Of a stretch of DNA of 64,000 bases, positions 39,983 through 51,209 are shown in pieces (position 1 is the stretch's first letter; each line of letters begins with the position of its first letter). The notes beneath the pieces were generated by a model. It saw nothing but the letters and a program-made list of their open reading frames with translations. It did no database searches and was not told the origin of the DNA. A program made the position numbers and the translations under genes. The stretch is from contig CAVYXA010000003.1 in the NCBI GenBank assembly GCA_963772365.1, positions 96,001 through 160,000 of the forward strand. The letters run 5' to 3'. Origin of the DNA: an uncultured Verrucomicrobiae bacterium. GTDB taxonomy: Bacteria > Verrucomicrobiota > Verrucomicrobiia > Chthoniobacterales > UBA10450.

Positions 39983-42500
39983 TCGGATTGACATGCATCG
40001 CGCGGCGTGCGGGCAGAAAACAAGCCAAAAGAGCGGCGGCGCCGAGTAGTATGGTTGAGGTGATTAACGCGAATGGATCGCTCGGGCTGACGCCATACAG
40101 AATTTGCGAGAGAACACGTCCTGCAGCCAACGAGAAAACGAGCCCGACCGCCACAGCAAGGGCCGTTTGCATTGCTCCCTGTCGCATGATTAGAGCAAAA
40201 ACGTCTTTGCGGTGGGCTCCCAAGGCCATCCGAATTCCGATTTCGCGGGTTCGGCAGGCCACGGCATAAGCTTTGATTCCATAAACACCAACCACGGCAA
40301 GCAGCAATGCGATGCAGCCGAATGCGCCAAACAAAGTGGCGCCGAGTTTAACAATCCAAAGGCCGACACTTTGCTGTAGCAGATCGACGAATGGTGCGAT
40401 CCCCAGGACCGGAAGATCGGGATCAATTCCGCGCAGCGTCGAGCGCATTGTTGGAGTCATTCCTAAAACACTTTGTCGATCCTGCCGGTTGAAGCGCACG
40501 TGAAGGAAGACGTTGCCGGTATAGCCTTGCGCGAATGGCACAAAAACTCGCGCCAGAGGAGTGTCGTTCTGGACATCGTGTCGATGGGTTCCGACAATGC
40601 CGACGATCTCGAGGTCGTTTGGGGAACGGTCTTTAGGCGGAATGGTGTAACGGATGTGCTGGCCGAGCGCGTCCTCGTTTGGAAATAGTTTTCGGGCCAG
40701 TTCTTCATCGATGATGGCAATGCGTCTGCCGTCTCGATTTTCGCATTCGTCCTGTCTGAAATCGCGACCTCGCAGGATCTTTACGCCGATGGCACTAAAA
40801 TACCCGGGCGTGGTCGCGGTGTAGAGCGTACTTACGCCCGGGTCGGGTGCTTTTGGATCGGTGGAAAGCGTTTGGCGACTCGACATGACACGGCGTGTAT
40901 TGGTGAAATTCCCGTAAGGCAACATTGTGCCAACTCCGACTGCAGTGACGCCCGGCAATTTTTTGACGCGCTCTTCGATATCGAAAATCATACGGCGCGC
41001 GTCTGCCGGAGTTTTTTTCACGAGCGAAAAGTCCATTTCTGTCACCAGGTCGCCGGCGGCGACGAAACCGGGATTTAGCCGGGCAGCCTTGAGCGCACCG
41101 CGAAAGAACAGACCTGCAGCGAAAAGCAACATGAGCGAGAGCGCGATTTGCACCATCACCGAGATGTGACGCGGTGCGAAGAATTTGCTGAACCGGCCGA
41201 TGCGCGCCGGTTCGCCGACCTGTTGTTTGAGATCGTTAACGAGATCTGCCTTGGTTGCCTTGAGCGCCGGGCCCAGACTGAACAGCAACGTTGCCAGCAG
41301 GCAGAACAGAAACGTCACGGCAAGCACCTTCGCGTCCGGGGTAAGATCGACGACGAAGGAAAAATTCACGTTACTCAGTAGCGAAGCGAGCGAATGCAAC
41401 AGCAAGTTGGTGCACCATACGCTGAAAATAAGCCCAACCACCCCGCCGCACACCGCCAAGAAAAAGCCTTCCACCAGCAATTGACGAACGATCCGCCCGC
41501 GCGATGCACCGAGAGCCAACCGCACAGCGATTTCCTTCGCGCGCGCCGTTCCGCGCGCAAGCATCATATTCGCGAGATTCAAGCATGCGATTAATAACAC
41601 TGCGCCGGCCATTGCCATCAGCAGAGTCCCGATCAAAGTCACCGGTCCGTCATCCTGCGGCGAGGTGCTCAGGCTGAACCGCGATGGTTTTTGGACTTGC
41701 ACTTCACGCTGGAACTCGGCGTCCGTCTGCATGGCATTGAAACGTCGCGAGATTACCGATAGGCGGGATTTGGCCGACTCGAGGCTGAGGCCGGAGCGCA
41801 GCCGGCCAACGAGGTTGAAGCAATAGTTTTTCGGATTGTTGAGGTCATGCATTGTTTCCGAGTCGCCAAAGGCCGAGCCGAGCTGCGCACGCATGCCGAG
41901 CGGCACCCAGATGTCCGGCGCAATCAACGCGCTCGCGCCGCTAAATCCTTCCGGCGAGATCCCGATCACAGTGTAGGGCTGACCATTAATCTGCAATGTG
42001 CTGCCGACGAAATCGGCGCGGCTGCCCTGACGTTTCCAAAAACCGTAGCTTGTAACCACCACTGCAATGTTCGCATTCGGCTTACATTCCTCGGCGTTGT
42101 AGAACCTCCCGCGAAAGGGTCGCACTCCCATCAATGTGAAATAGTTTTCGGAAGTTAGAAACGCGAAGCTCCGCCGCATCTCGTGCTCGCGCCCAATGCC
42201 CGCAACTGCGAATTCGAGGGCGGCCATATCGGCAAAAACGTCGCGACCACTTTGACGCAGGTCGCGAAATTCATTGTAGGAGAACTGGCGGTAATCGTGG
42301 TTCGCATTTTGGCGGCAATTGAAAACGTTCACGACCTCCTCAGGTCGTACTGGCACAATTGGCCGCAGGACCGCGCCGTTGATCAGCGCAAAGATTGCCG
42401 AGTTAACTCCGATCGCCAATGCCAGCGTCAATACCGCAACGGCCGTGAAACCGGGCGTTTTCAACAGCTGCCGGAGCGCAAACTTGAAATCCTGAATCAT
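39960..42500 (-). CDS. MacB/FtsX-like duplicated ABC permease
   Basis: FALRQLLKTPGF, LLIACLNLAN, EIAVRLALGA, REIGIRMALGA. Confidence 0.93.
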   Translation of the reverse strand: MIQDFKFALRQLLKTPGFTAVAVLTLALAIGVNSAIFALINGAVLRPIVPVRPEEVVNVFNCRQNANHDYRQFSYNEFRDLRQSGRDVFADMAALEFAVAGIGREHEMRRSFAFLTSENYFTLMGVRPFRGRFYNAEECKPNANIAVVVTSYGFWKRQGSRADFVGSTLQINGQPYTVIGISPEGFSGASALIAPDIWVPLGMRAQLGSAFGDSETMHDLNNPKNYCFNLVGRLRSGLSLESAKSRLSVISRRFNAMQTDAEFQREVQVQKPSRFSLSTSPQDDGPVTLIGTLLMAMAGAVLLIACLNLANMMLARGTARAKEIAVRLALGASRGRIVRQLLVEGFFLAVCGGVVGLIFSVWCTNLLLHSLASLLSNVNFSFVVDLTPDAKVLAVTFLFCLLATLLFSLGPALKATKADLVNDLKQQVGEPARIGRFSKFFAPRHISVMVQIALSLMLLFAAGLFFRGALKAARLNPGFVAAGDLVTEMDFSLVKKTPADARRMIFDIEERVKKLPGVTAVGVGTMLPYGNFTNTRRVMSSRQTLSTDPKAPDPGVSTLYTATTPGYFSAIGVKILRGRDFRQDECENRDGRRIAIIDEELARKLFPNEDALGQHIRYTIPPKDRSPNDLEIVGIVGTHRHDVQNDTPLARVFVPFAQGYTGNVFLHVRFNRQDRQSVLGMTPTMRSTLRGIDPDLPVLGIAPFVDLLQQSVGLWIVKLGATLFGAFGCIALLLAVVGVYGIKAYAVACRTREIGIRMALGAHRKDVFALIMRQGAMQTALAVAVGLVFSLAAGRVLSQILYGVSPSDPFALITSTILLGAAALLACFLPARRAMHVNPITALRTE

Positions 42501-42586
42501 AAAAACCTCGCGTTGCTTTCGGGTGAGATGCAGAGAGTGCGAGGTTTGGATTCAAATCTCTTTTTCAAGCTGCATTTGAGCCAGTT

Positions 42587-43423
42587 CTACTCTGTGTCCA
42601 GGAATGGATGTTCGAAGGATAAATAGAAAAACAAGCCCCAATCCGGTGAATCGGCAGTCACGCCGACTGGAACGGCAGCACCCACCACGATTTGCAGGTT
42701 TCCCGGCCGATTGATCGCGTATCGAGCGCCGGGGGAGATAAGGGCCGAAGTAATCCGTGAGACACGTCGGCTAGCATCGACATCCTGGTCCCAACCAGCC
42801 ACCGTTTCGAGCATAAGATTGAACTCCCGGTTCACCGCATAAATCGCGCTGGCGCCGAGATTGTAGTTGATCAGATCGCGTCCGTGGACATCCGGGAAGA
42901 TTGACAATCCGGCATTGAAATGAACGGTCCAACGGCCACTAACAATTTTACTGAACGGCAGGTTGAATTCGTAACCGACACTGCCTGCTCCCAAATCACT
43001 ATCGGAGTTGCCGCTAGGAAGGCTGAGTGAAAAGCTCGGCGCGAAGGCCGGTGTGCGGTCGCCTTCCATTAATGCCTGGTAGCGATAATGAAGCGCGACA
43101 TCGCCAAATCCATTTTCATTTTCGAGGAAAAGATAGGGAACGGTATAGGAAAGCTGATGGGTTTGACCAAACAACGGCCACTCCTGAGTGAAATTCGGCT
43201 CCACTTCATGGTGTCCGCGCCTGAAGAATACCGGCACATTGATGATGTGTTGCACGACGCCGGCTTCCTGATTGTAAGCTTCCTCCACGAAAAACGAGTT
43301 GTCCTGGATTCCCCGGGCGGTGGGTTCGGCAGCGAAGCAAACTTTGCTGAGGAAAAAGATCAGCAGGAACCGGATCAGGTGGAACTGAGAAACGTCGAGG
43401 AAATCTTGCATGGCAGACCTCAA
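42587..43423 (-). CDS. Outer-membrane beta-barrel protein of unknown specificity
   Basis: IQDNSFFVEEAYNQE; alternating beta-strand pattern. Confidence 0.7.
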   Translation of the reverse strand: MRSAMQDFLDVSQFHLIRFLLIFFLSKVCFAAEPTARGIQDNSFFVEEAYNQEAGVVQHIINVPVFFRRGHHEVEPNFTQEWPLFGQTHQLSYTVPYLFLENENGFGDVALHYRYQALMEGDRTPAFAPSFSLSLPSGNSDSDLGAGSVGYEFNLPFSKIVSGRWTVHFNAGLSIFPDVHGRDLINYNLGASAIYAVNREFNLMLETVAGWDQDVDASRRVSRITSALISPGARYAINRPGNLQIVVGAAVPVGVTADSPDWGLFFYLSFEHPFLDTE

Positions 43424-43464
43424 TTGAATGTCCCGCAGAACGGCCAGGCAAGAACAAGCCGATG

Positions 43465-44718
43465 CTAGTATTTTAGGGTGAACTGGATGGCGACGAGGTT
43501 ATTGCCATCGTGAAAATCAGCTTTGGTGTAGCTGTATTGCACTTTCGCCTGCAAATAATTGGTAAAACGATAACCAGCCGCGGCGTCAACACGCCAGGTA
43601 TCCGTGCCCCATTGCACCCGTTCGTCTTCATCGGGGACAGTACCGTAGAGCTGCTGATTCCAGCGGGCAGCTGCGAACAGTTGCGGGGCGATTTTGTATT
43701 TCGCTTCGAGGTAATAAGCGAACACATCCGCGTTTCCAATCTGGGGGACTTCGAACCGGGTTTCGAAAAATTCCGCCCACACTTCCAGATGATGCCAGGC
43801 GAATGATGCATCCTGGCCGAGCACAAGTTCGCGATAATCATCGATGCTTCGCCCGGGCGGCAACGACCATTCGGCCTGCGGCAGGAGATACGGCCCGCTA
43901 CTGGCCGAGATTCCGAAGTTCCACATCTCGTTTGGCTGAACGCCGGCGCGACCGCTAAAGGTAGGATGATCCAGTCCGGCTTCGGTGAGATCCCATTTGT
44001 TTGGGCGAGATGAGAGGGCACCGTTCTTGATCTCGAATGCGAAATCGAATTTGTCGATCATGCCTGAAACGGCAGCGCCGGAAGTATAATTCGGGCCCCA
44101 GATGATAGGCAGGCGATAATATTTGTCCCAGTAAACGTTGCCGAAGTTTTTGCCATATTCTTCCGTTGGGATCTGGCCCCAATAAAGCAGGTCATCGACA
44201 TCATCGGGCGCTGCGAAATCCCACATGCCGGTAAGATTTTCGTAAGGCAACGGCGCGTTGATCAATGGATTGTCCCAAGAAAAATGCCGCGGGACCCAAT
44301 TCCCGATGACGGTAGCGAATTTTCCGACCTGAATCTCAATGCGCGAATCATCGAACGGCTTGTAGCGGAGCAAGTATTCATCGAGGCGCGCGTGCGCTCC
44401 TTTATCGGAAGGATCGAACCCACGATCGAAGCGAGCCTGACCGAAGAAATAGAAATGTTTCGTCCATTGAGCATCGACAAAAATCGAAAATCGCGGGTTA
44501 AAAAGAACCCTGTCGTCGGTATAAAGCAGGGCTGGAGCGCTGTCGTCGATGAAGTAAGTCTCAAGGTCGAAGAGCCCGCTGATTTGAAGATCGAAATCAT
44601 TCTTAGGCGAGCGAATCGACAATGCTTCGTTGACTCGATCGAGCAAATCCTCCGCGCTTGCGGAAAGGGCAAGACTCAGCGCGATTGCGACCGCGGGAAT
44701 GGAGCAGCTAAGCCGCAT
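43465..44718 (-). CDS. Outer-membrane beta-barrel/porin-like protein
   Basis: Signal peptide, amphipathic strands, C-terminal AIQFTLKY. Confidence 0.75.
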   Translation of the reverse strand: MRLSCSIPAVAIALSLALSASAEDLLDRVNEALSIRSPKNDFDLQISGLFDLETYFIDDSAPALLYTDDRVLFNPRFSIFVDAQWTKHFYFFGQARFDRGFDPSDKGAHARLDEYLLRYKPFDDSRIEIQVGKFATVIGNWVPRHFSWDNPLINAPLPYENLTGMWDFAAPDDVDDLLYWGQIPTEEYGKNFGNVYWDKYYRLPIIWGPNYTSGAAVSGMIDKFDFAFEIKNGALSSRPNKWDLTEAGLDHPTFSGRAGVQPNEMWNFGISASSGPYLLPQAEWSLPPGRSIDDYRELVLGQDASFAWHHLEVWAEFFETRFEVPQIGNADVFAYYLEAKYKIAPQLFAAARWNQQLYGTVPDEDERVQWGTDTWRVDAAAGYRFTNYLQAKVQYSYTKADFHDGNNLVAIQFTLKY

Positions 44719-46921
44719 GGAGAACCCTGTCGATCGTTCGACGCAGAGCGTCGAGCGTGATCGGTTTGTTCAGTACCACATCGACTGCTTGCGGCTGGCC
44801 AACAATGGTTTCGAGTGCTCCGCCGAACCCGGTAAGCAGAATCACCGGCACGTTTTGATTAACCTGCTTCATGAATCGCGCAGTTTGATCGCCCGTCATT
44901 TCCGGCATCACGCGGTCCATCACCACGAGATCAAATTGGCTTCGTCGAAATTTCTCCAGAGCTTCACGGCCACTCGAAGCAATCGCGACGGAGTGGTGAT
45001 CGGAACGCAAATAAGTAGAAAGAACTTCGCGACTCCGCGCTTCGTCATCGACGATGAGGACGTTGAGCCGAGAATTCGGTTTTTCGGCAGCGACTTTCGC
45101 CGTGTCATGAATCGGGGCCTCCTGGGCCAAGGGCAGGCGGATTATGAAAGTGGTTCCTTGGCCCAGCGCAGATTGGATGTCCACCTGGCCGCGATGGCGT
45201 TCGACGATGCCGTAAACCATCGATAGCCCAAGCCCGGTTCCATGTTCTCCTTTGGTGGAGAAGAATGGTTCCAGACAACGTTGACGCACTGTTTCGGTCA
45301 TGCCGGTGCCGGTATCGGCGACGCGCATGACAGCGTGTTCGTTCTCAATCGAAGTCTCGATGGAAATGTGGCCGCCTTCGGGCATCGCATCTACTGCATT
45401 AAAGAGAAGGTTGGTGAGCACTTCGCGGAGCGCGGATTCGTCGCCCGCCACAATCGGGAAGGCCCTGATCTCTGTGTTCACAGCGACGCTGATCCCGCGA
45501 GCCTGCGTCAATCCTCGCCACTTCGGCTCGGTCAGCTTGACCGCCTGCTGTACGATCTTGGCCAGATCGACAATCGGAAAGGCCTCATCGGTTTCGGCCG
45601 GGCGATAAAATTCGCGAAGGCGGCTAACGACACTGGCCGCATCCTTGGCGGAAGTACGCAACATTTCCAGGCATCGCCGGGCCTCGGCTTTGTCCTCCAG
45701 GAGAGCGTCATTTTGCAGAAGGACATCGGCAAAACCCAGAATTGGCATGAGTGTGTTGTTGAAATCGTGCGCGATGCCCGCGGCCATTTGACCGAGTGCG
45801 CTGAGACGTTCTTGCTGAATGACCTGCTGTTGCGTCGCGCGCAGTTCGGCCAGCGTTTTTTCCAGTTCGCGATTTGCATGAACCAAGTCTTTCTCGGCCC
45901 GTCTGCGCAGCGTCACATTCTCCGCCGACTTGGCTACGATTCGATCAACCGGCTTGGAGAGATGCCTGGCCAGGAATGAACTCGCGGCAAACCCACAAGC
46001 GAGAACGAGCAAGCCGAACCCAAGAATCTTCCACCGAAGAATCCGGGCTTCGCGAAACGAAGCTACCAGAGGATAAAGACAGACGTCGTACGCTGGCGCA
46101 AATTGCGAATCGGGATCGAGGGCCTTGTAGAAAACAAGGTGGGGACCCGTGGCCAAATTGACCGGAAGGTTGCCGGCCGGTTTCTGTTTGATCGCTGCAG
46201 CGACGCGTTGCTCAAGAAGATGTCGATCGGGCGTGCTCAGCCGGTCGATGAACAATTTGTTGTTCAACCAGATGCCGCTCTTAATTTGGTTCTCGTTAGT
46301 GGGCTCCGGAGCGCGGATTTCGCTAATGGGAAAACCAAGAACCAGCGCGCCGAGGTCTCCTCCCACCCAGTCGCGGATTTTGGTTAGAACAATTTCGCGC
46401 AAAACCCCCGGATTACTGCCACGGGCGATAGCAATGAAACCGACGCTTTGATCTTCGACGTCGCGCAGAGAATGGCTCGCCGTCGCCAGACTCTCTTCAA
46501 GGATGGCCTGATTAATAGATCCAGCACGATGTTCACCGGGCGGCAAGACCGCTCCATTTTGATCGACGAAACGAAAGAAGGAGGCGCGAACCGATTGTGG
46601 ATCAAGCGACCTGCCTGGCTCGGTTCCATCGAAGACTGCCTGCAATTCCGTCAAGGCATTCCGGTACAAATCGTCCACATCACTTTCCTCCAAAGCGGCC
46701 CGAAGCCGGACAGAATAAGAAGCTACCCGGCATCGCTCGGTAATGGCGCGTGATTGCGTTTCCTGTGCCCGAACAAGCGAGCGCACCTGGTTTTGGAATT
46801 GGATGTCGAAAACTTTTTCCTGATTTGCGCGCAGATTGTTCTCGGCCAGGTAGAGCGTGGCGATTGTGACGGCAAGAACGACAACCATCATCGCCACGAG
46901 CACCCTGACTCGAAAGCTCAT
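44708..46921 (-). CDS. Membrane hybrid histidine kinase with receiver domain
   Basis: Two TM segments, AHDFNN H-box, NAVDAM, DTGTGM, GTGLGL, C-terminal REC. Confidence 0.95.
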   Translation of the reverse strand: MSFRVRVLVAMMVVVLAVTIATLYLAENNLRANQEKVFDIQFQNQVRSLVRAQETQSRAITERCRVASYSVRLRAALEESDVDDLYRNALTELQAVFDGTEPGRSLDPQSVRASFFRFVDQNGAVLPPGEHRAGSINQAILEESLATASHSLRDVEDQSVGFIAIARGSNPGVLREIVLTKIRDWVGGDLGALVLGFPISEIRAPEPTNENQIKSGIWLNNKLFIDRLSTPDRHLLEQRVAAAIKQKPAGNLPVNLATGPHLVFYKALDPDSQFAPAYDVCLYPLVASFREARILRWKILGFGLLVLACGFAASSFLARHLSKPVDRIVAKSAENVTLRRRAEKDLVHANRELEKTLAELRATQQQVIQQERLSALGQMAAGIAHDFNNTLMPILGFADVLLQNDALLEDKAEARRCLEMLRTSAKDAASVVSRLREFYRPAETDEAFPIVDLAKIVQQAVKLTEPKWRGLTQARGISVAVNTEIRAFPIVAGDESALREVLTNLLFNAVDAMPEGGHISIETSIENEHAVMRVADTGTGMTETVRQRCLEPFFSTKGEHGTGLGLSMVYGIVERHRGQVDIQSALGQGTTFIIRLPLAQEAPIHDTAKVAAEKPNSRLNVLIVDDEARSREVLSTYLRSDHHSVAIASSGREALEKFRRSQFDLVVMDRVMPEMTGDQTARFMKQVNQNVPVILLTGFGGALETIVGQPQAVDVVLNKPITLDALRRTIDRVLHAA

Positions 46922-46955
46922 TGTCTCGGCAAATTTGCGAAACAAATCGCGCCGT

Positions 46956-47612
46956 TTATTTGGCGGGAAAATCGACATGAAGTGTCGCGCCGTCTTTTAA
47001 GTCCACGACGTGCTCACGGACGTCGTTTTGTGTGACCCAGGTTTTAAGAACGAAGTGCCCAGCCGGCAAATGTTCCAAACGGTAATGACCGGACGTATCG
47101 GTCTTCGTAAAGAATGGGGTTTCCAGAACGAGCACAGTGCCGTGCATGCGATCGTGAATCTCGCAATGCACTGTGATCACGCCGGGTTTATCAAAGAGGA
47201 CAGTGCCCGGTTTTTCATTTTTCCGATAGCGCCCAAGGTCGAACCGTTTCGCTTTGGAATAGGAAAAAACGTTATGATAGGTATCGTCGAGGTTCGGGAA
47301 TTCGACGGCGGTGCCCACCCGAACTGCGATGAGGTCGGGAGCGAACAGAATGTTTTTCTGCGCCATTTCGGATGCATGCTTCGAGCCCGGCTTCGCGCTT
47401 GCTGCAAAATCGCCCTCGAGGTAAACGATCGCGGCTGGAGGATTGCTCGGTGTTATTGCGGCGTCGGTGTTCGTTCTGTAACGCTGGCTGAGGGGTCGCT
47501 CGGCGACTGGAGGCGGCAACTGCACCACTCCTTCGACGACCGAATCGTCACGGGCGATGGTGGTCGTCGCAAGGACAGCTAAAAGGAACAGGGTGACAGT
47601 TGTGGAGTTCAC
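46956..47612 (-). CDS. Secreted cupredoxin-like plus carboxypeptidase-regulatory-like protein
   Basis: FPNLD..YHNVFS, HCEIHDRM (H/C/H/M copper ligands). Confidence 0.85.
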   Translation of the reverse strand: MNSTTVTLFLLAVLATTTIARDDSVVEGVVQLPPPVAERPLSQRYRTNTDAAITPSNPPAAIVYLEGDFAASAKPGSKHASEMAQKNILFAPDLIAVRVGTAVEFPNLDDTYHNVFSYSKAKRFDLGRYRKNEKPGTVLFDKPGVITVHCEIHDRMHGTVLVLETPFFTKTDTSGHYRLEHLPAGHFVLKTWVTQNDVREHVVDLKDGATLHVDFPAK

Positions 47613-47627
47613 GCCGACACCCCTAGA

Positions 47628-47643
47628 AGCCAGAAAAATGCCA
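47628..47643 (-). promoter_or_regulatory. Possible sigma54 promoter
   Basis: TGGCATTTTTCTGGCT (GG-N10-GC) just upstream of the 47612 start. Confidence 0.3.
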
Positions 47644-47720
47644 GAGCCGGTACCGGAGTGCGTTTGTCCCGCGGCTATTCGGAAAGGACCAGGTCGGCGA
47701 CATCGGCCGCCGGGTGATTC

Positions 47721-48244
47721 CTATGCCGCAACTAAGCGCGCGAGCTCGGTGGATTGCGAAACACCGCCAAACTTGGGGTAGAGAAATCGCGCCACAGGGG
47801 CATTTTCGCGCGCGATTGCGCTGGCGCGGGCCAGACCGGCTTCACGCAGCGATTTTAGGGAATGCTCGAAAAGAAGCGTCCCGAATCCCGCGATTCCGGT
47901 ATTCCATCAAGATCGATGGGCCGGGCGCGAGATGACTATCAGCCTCCGGATCGAACGAAAGAACAGATGCGCCGATGATTCGTTGGCCGTGACGCAGCAC
48001 CAGACAGGCACTAAGGTCGCAGGCAAGAGCGCGGTCGACCCAACTGCTCACCATTCGCATAATCTCGCGCACCGACAGGATTCCAAACCGGATCGAGCAT
48101 GAACGAACTGGAGAAAACTTTGCGCAAGCCGATTTCGTCTTCGCTCGTTGCATACGCGATTTGATAGTGCTGTGGCAGTTGCGAAAGAGGCGGCGGTAGA
48201 TTCGACAAGTCCCACCAGAATCGGACCCAGCCCAGCAGCTTCAT
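47721..48244 (-). CDS. GNAT-like hypothetical protein, frameshifted
   Basis: Pieces MKLLGWVRFWWDL.. / CLVLRHGQRIIGAS..EYRNRGI / APVARFLYPKFGG join across frames. Confidence 0.55.
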
Positions 48245-48446
48245 GGAACGACGGAGCAGCAAGTCCCTCGAGGGCCAACCACGTGATGCTGGCAGCGGAT
48301 CGGCGAAGGCCCGAACAACTTATCGTTTATCATCTTTCGCTCCAGGCTGAATATCGTCGTTGGACGAATTTTTGCGCGCAAAATTGTAGAAAACTTCCAT
48401 GCCTTGAAAAATCAGTGCGACCAAGAAAGGTTCCGTAAAGAGACAG

Positions 48447-48914
48447 CTAAAGCGCTTGAACGCTTTTCAGCATTTCGTCGAAAGCCTGATAAAGCTCTCG
48501 ATGCTGGGCCACTCCGCGCCGAATGACCGGTTTGAAATTCGCCAGATCGGTGATGTTGACGATCTGATCGACGCTCTGGACAAAAGCGCTCATGGCATCA
48601 TTCGTGGCAAATTATGGCTCAGCAGGACAACGAAATGTTCGCGCCGCTGAGCATCGGGTTGCCGGCGGATTTCGCGCAAGATCGGATTGGTTTCTAGCGT
48701 GGAATTTTTGAAGTTCTCGTAAATACAATCACATCATAGCTGTAGCTGTTGAGTTTGAGGACACGTCCTCCTCAAACAAACCCAGGTGCACTTTGTAGGT
48801 GAGATCGATCAGCTGGGGAACGACGATTTTTTGATATTGCTGATGATCGACGCAAACCAGAGCAGTGTTATCGCCCAGATCGTGAAACGCTCTTGCTTCG
48901 GTTTGTTGGTCCAT
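48447..48914 (-). CDS. Conserved hypothetical protein downstream of pilT/pilU, frameshifted
   Basis: MDQQTEARAFHDLG.. continues across frames to RREHFVVLL..DAMSAFVQSVD..RELY. Confidence 0.6.
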
Positions 48915-48924
48915 CGTCGAGATT

Positions 48925-50093
48925 TTATTGAAACGCATTTTCCGGCAGATCGAGCCGCAAACCGGAATCGAGATCTACGTCCAGCCACGCGACTTTCTGG
49001 ATCAAATCGATTCCGCGGGCGATGCGGCCTTTGCGAGTGGCGAATAATCTGGCGGTTTCTTCTGAGATGAGATCGCTCTCGTAGGCATTGAGAATTGATT
49101 GATCGAAGGTCATCCAGCCGAACGGTGAGCTCGCCTCGATGATTTCATAGAAGCTGCGATGTTCGCCTTCGCCCAATGCAATGGCCTCTTTCGTGCGCAA
49201 ATTGTGCCCCAGAATTTCGGTAATCAATTGCCGGCCGCCGCCCACTTTCGGCGCAAGTCGCTGGCTGACGATGTAACGCAAACGTATCGGCCAGGCGAAT
49301 CCGCAATTGTTTTTCTTCGCCTACGGAAAACATACCGAGAATTCGGTTAATCGACTGGCCAGCATCGACAGTGTGCAGGGTGCTCAGAACGAGGTGACCG
49401 GTCTCCGCGGCCATGAGTGCGATTTCTACCGTCGCCCGGTCGCGCATTTCGCCTACCAGAATGACCTTCGGTGCCTGACGCAACGCCGCTCGCAAGCCAT
49501 TCGGATAATTATTGAAATCCTGCCCCAACTCGCGCTGGTTAAACGTGGCTTTGCGCTTCGGATGGACAAATTCGATTGGATCTTCCAGCGTGATGATATG
49601 CACGGGCTGGGTCTCATTGATCTCGTTCAACAGTGCCGCCAGCGTGGTGGTCTTACCGCTGCCAGTGGCTCCGGTCACCAGAACCAGCCCTGTCTTCTCC
49701 TTTGCTATTTCGTGAAAAATGGGTGGAAGCCCCAGCCGTCTCAATGCTCGGCACCTCTCCATATAATTTCCGCAGAACGATCGAGAAATGCCCCTGTTGC
49801 CGGAAAATGTTGATGCGGAACCGGGCTTCATCGTTGAGCGAATAACTGCAATCGCAGGAGCCGCCGGTGAGATAATCGTAAATCAAACGGCGATCTCCCC
49901 GCATCAGCGTGAGCGCGATCTGCTCGGTCTGATACGGCGTAAGCGCTTCGATCGGAGGATCGACAAAAACCTGCTTGAGCTCGCCGAAGTCTTCCACCTG
50001 GAGCGGATGGCCGACGGAGAAATTGAGATCGGAGATGCCGTCATAGGTTTTCAGCATCGCCGACAGGATTTTGTCCAGATCAGGAATTCTCAT
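48925..50093 (-). CDS. PilT/PilU family type IV pilus retraction ATPase, frameshifted
   Basis: GATGSGKTT, ITLEDPIEF, ALRQAPKVILVGEMRD, AETGHLVLSTLHT. Confidence 0.9.
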
Positions 50094-50103
50094 GCGCGTG
50101 GTC

Positions 50104-51187
50104 TTATTCCTCCGAAATATCCAAAGGAGGTTCTTTGAGGAATTGGCGGAACTTTTTCTTGTCGATCGACTTGTCGTAAGCTTCCTCCGGAGAGATCCGC
50201 ATGTTGCGCAGTTGATCCATGATGGCATCGTCGAGCGGTTGGTTGCCTTTCTTTTTGCCCACTTGAATCATGCCCGGGATTTGATGGGTTTTGCCTTCCC
50301 GGATCAGATTGGCAATGGCCATATCGATCACCAGAATTTCCAAGGCAGCGACCCGGCCGGGCTTATCGATGCGCTTGAAGAGGTTTTGCGCGACTACGCC
50401 CTTGAGCGATTCGCCCAGGGTGGTGCGGATCTGGTTTTGCTGATTGGTCGGGAAAACGTCGATGATTCGGTCCACCGCTTTGGCTGCATTCGAAGTATGC
50501 AAAGTGCCAAAGACAAGGTGACCCGTGGCAGCCGCGGTTAGTGCCAGCTCGATCGTTTCCAGATCGCGCATTTCACCCACAAGAATGATGTCAGGATCTT
50601 CGCGCAATGCGCCGCGCAGAGCCGAGGCGAATGAGCGCGTGTGCACGCCGATTTCACGATGTTGCACAAGGCAATTTTGACTGCGATGCACAAATTCGAT
50701 TGGATCTTCAATGGTGATGATATGGTCCTGGCGCTTGAGATTCGCATAATCCACCATCGCTGCCAGCGTTGTCGATTTACCGGAACCAGTCGGTCCGGTT
50801 AGCGAGGACGAGTCCTTTTTTTAGCAGCGGAAATTTCTTCAGGATAGGGGGCAGCCCGAGATCCTCGATGGTCAAGACGTTGGATGGAATCGACCGAAAT
50901 ACCGCAGAGATGCCATATTTTTGCTGGAAAAAATTTGCGCGGTAACGCGCGACGCCGGGGATCTCGTATCCGAAATCGACATCGTTAGATTCTTCAAAGA
51001 TCTTGATCTTCCCTTCCGGTGCGATTTCATAAACCATCGCTTTGAGCTCATCGTTTTTGAGCGCGGGATAATCCACCCGTACCAGCTCACCGTTAATGCG
51101 GAGCATGGGGGGATTATTTGTGGCGAGGTGTAGATCGGAGGCCTTCTGCTCGGCCATTAATTTGAAGAAAGCATCTATGCGCGACAT
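50104..51187 (-). CDS. pilT: Type IV pilus retraction ATPase PilT, frameshifted near 50800
   Basis: ASDLHL, RYRANFF, ALREDPDIILVGEMRD, TGHLVFGTLHT, AIANLIREGK. Confidence 0.92.
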
Positions 51188-51209
51188 GGGCGTTCGGGTT
51201 CCTGAGAAG

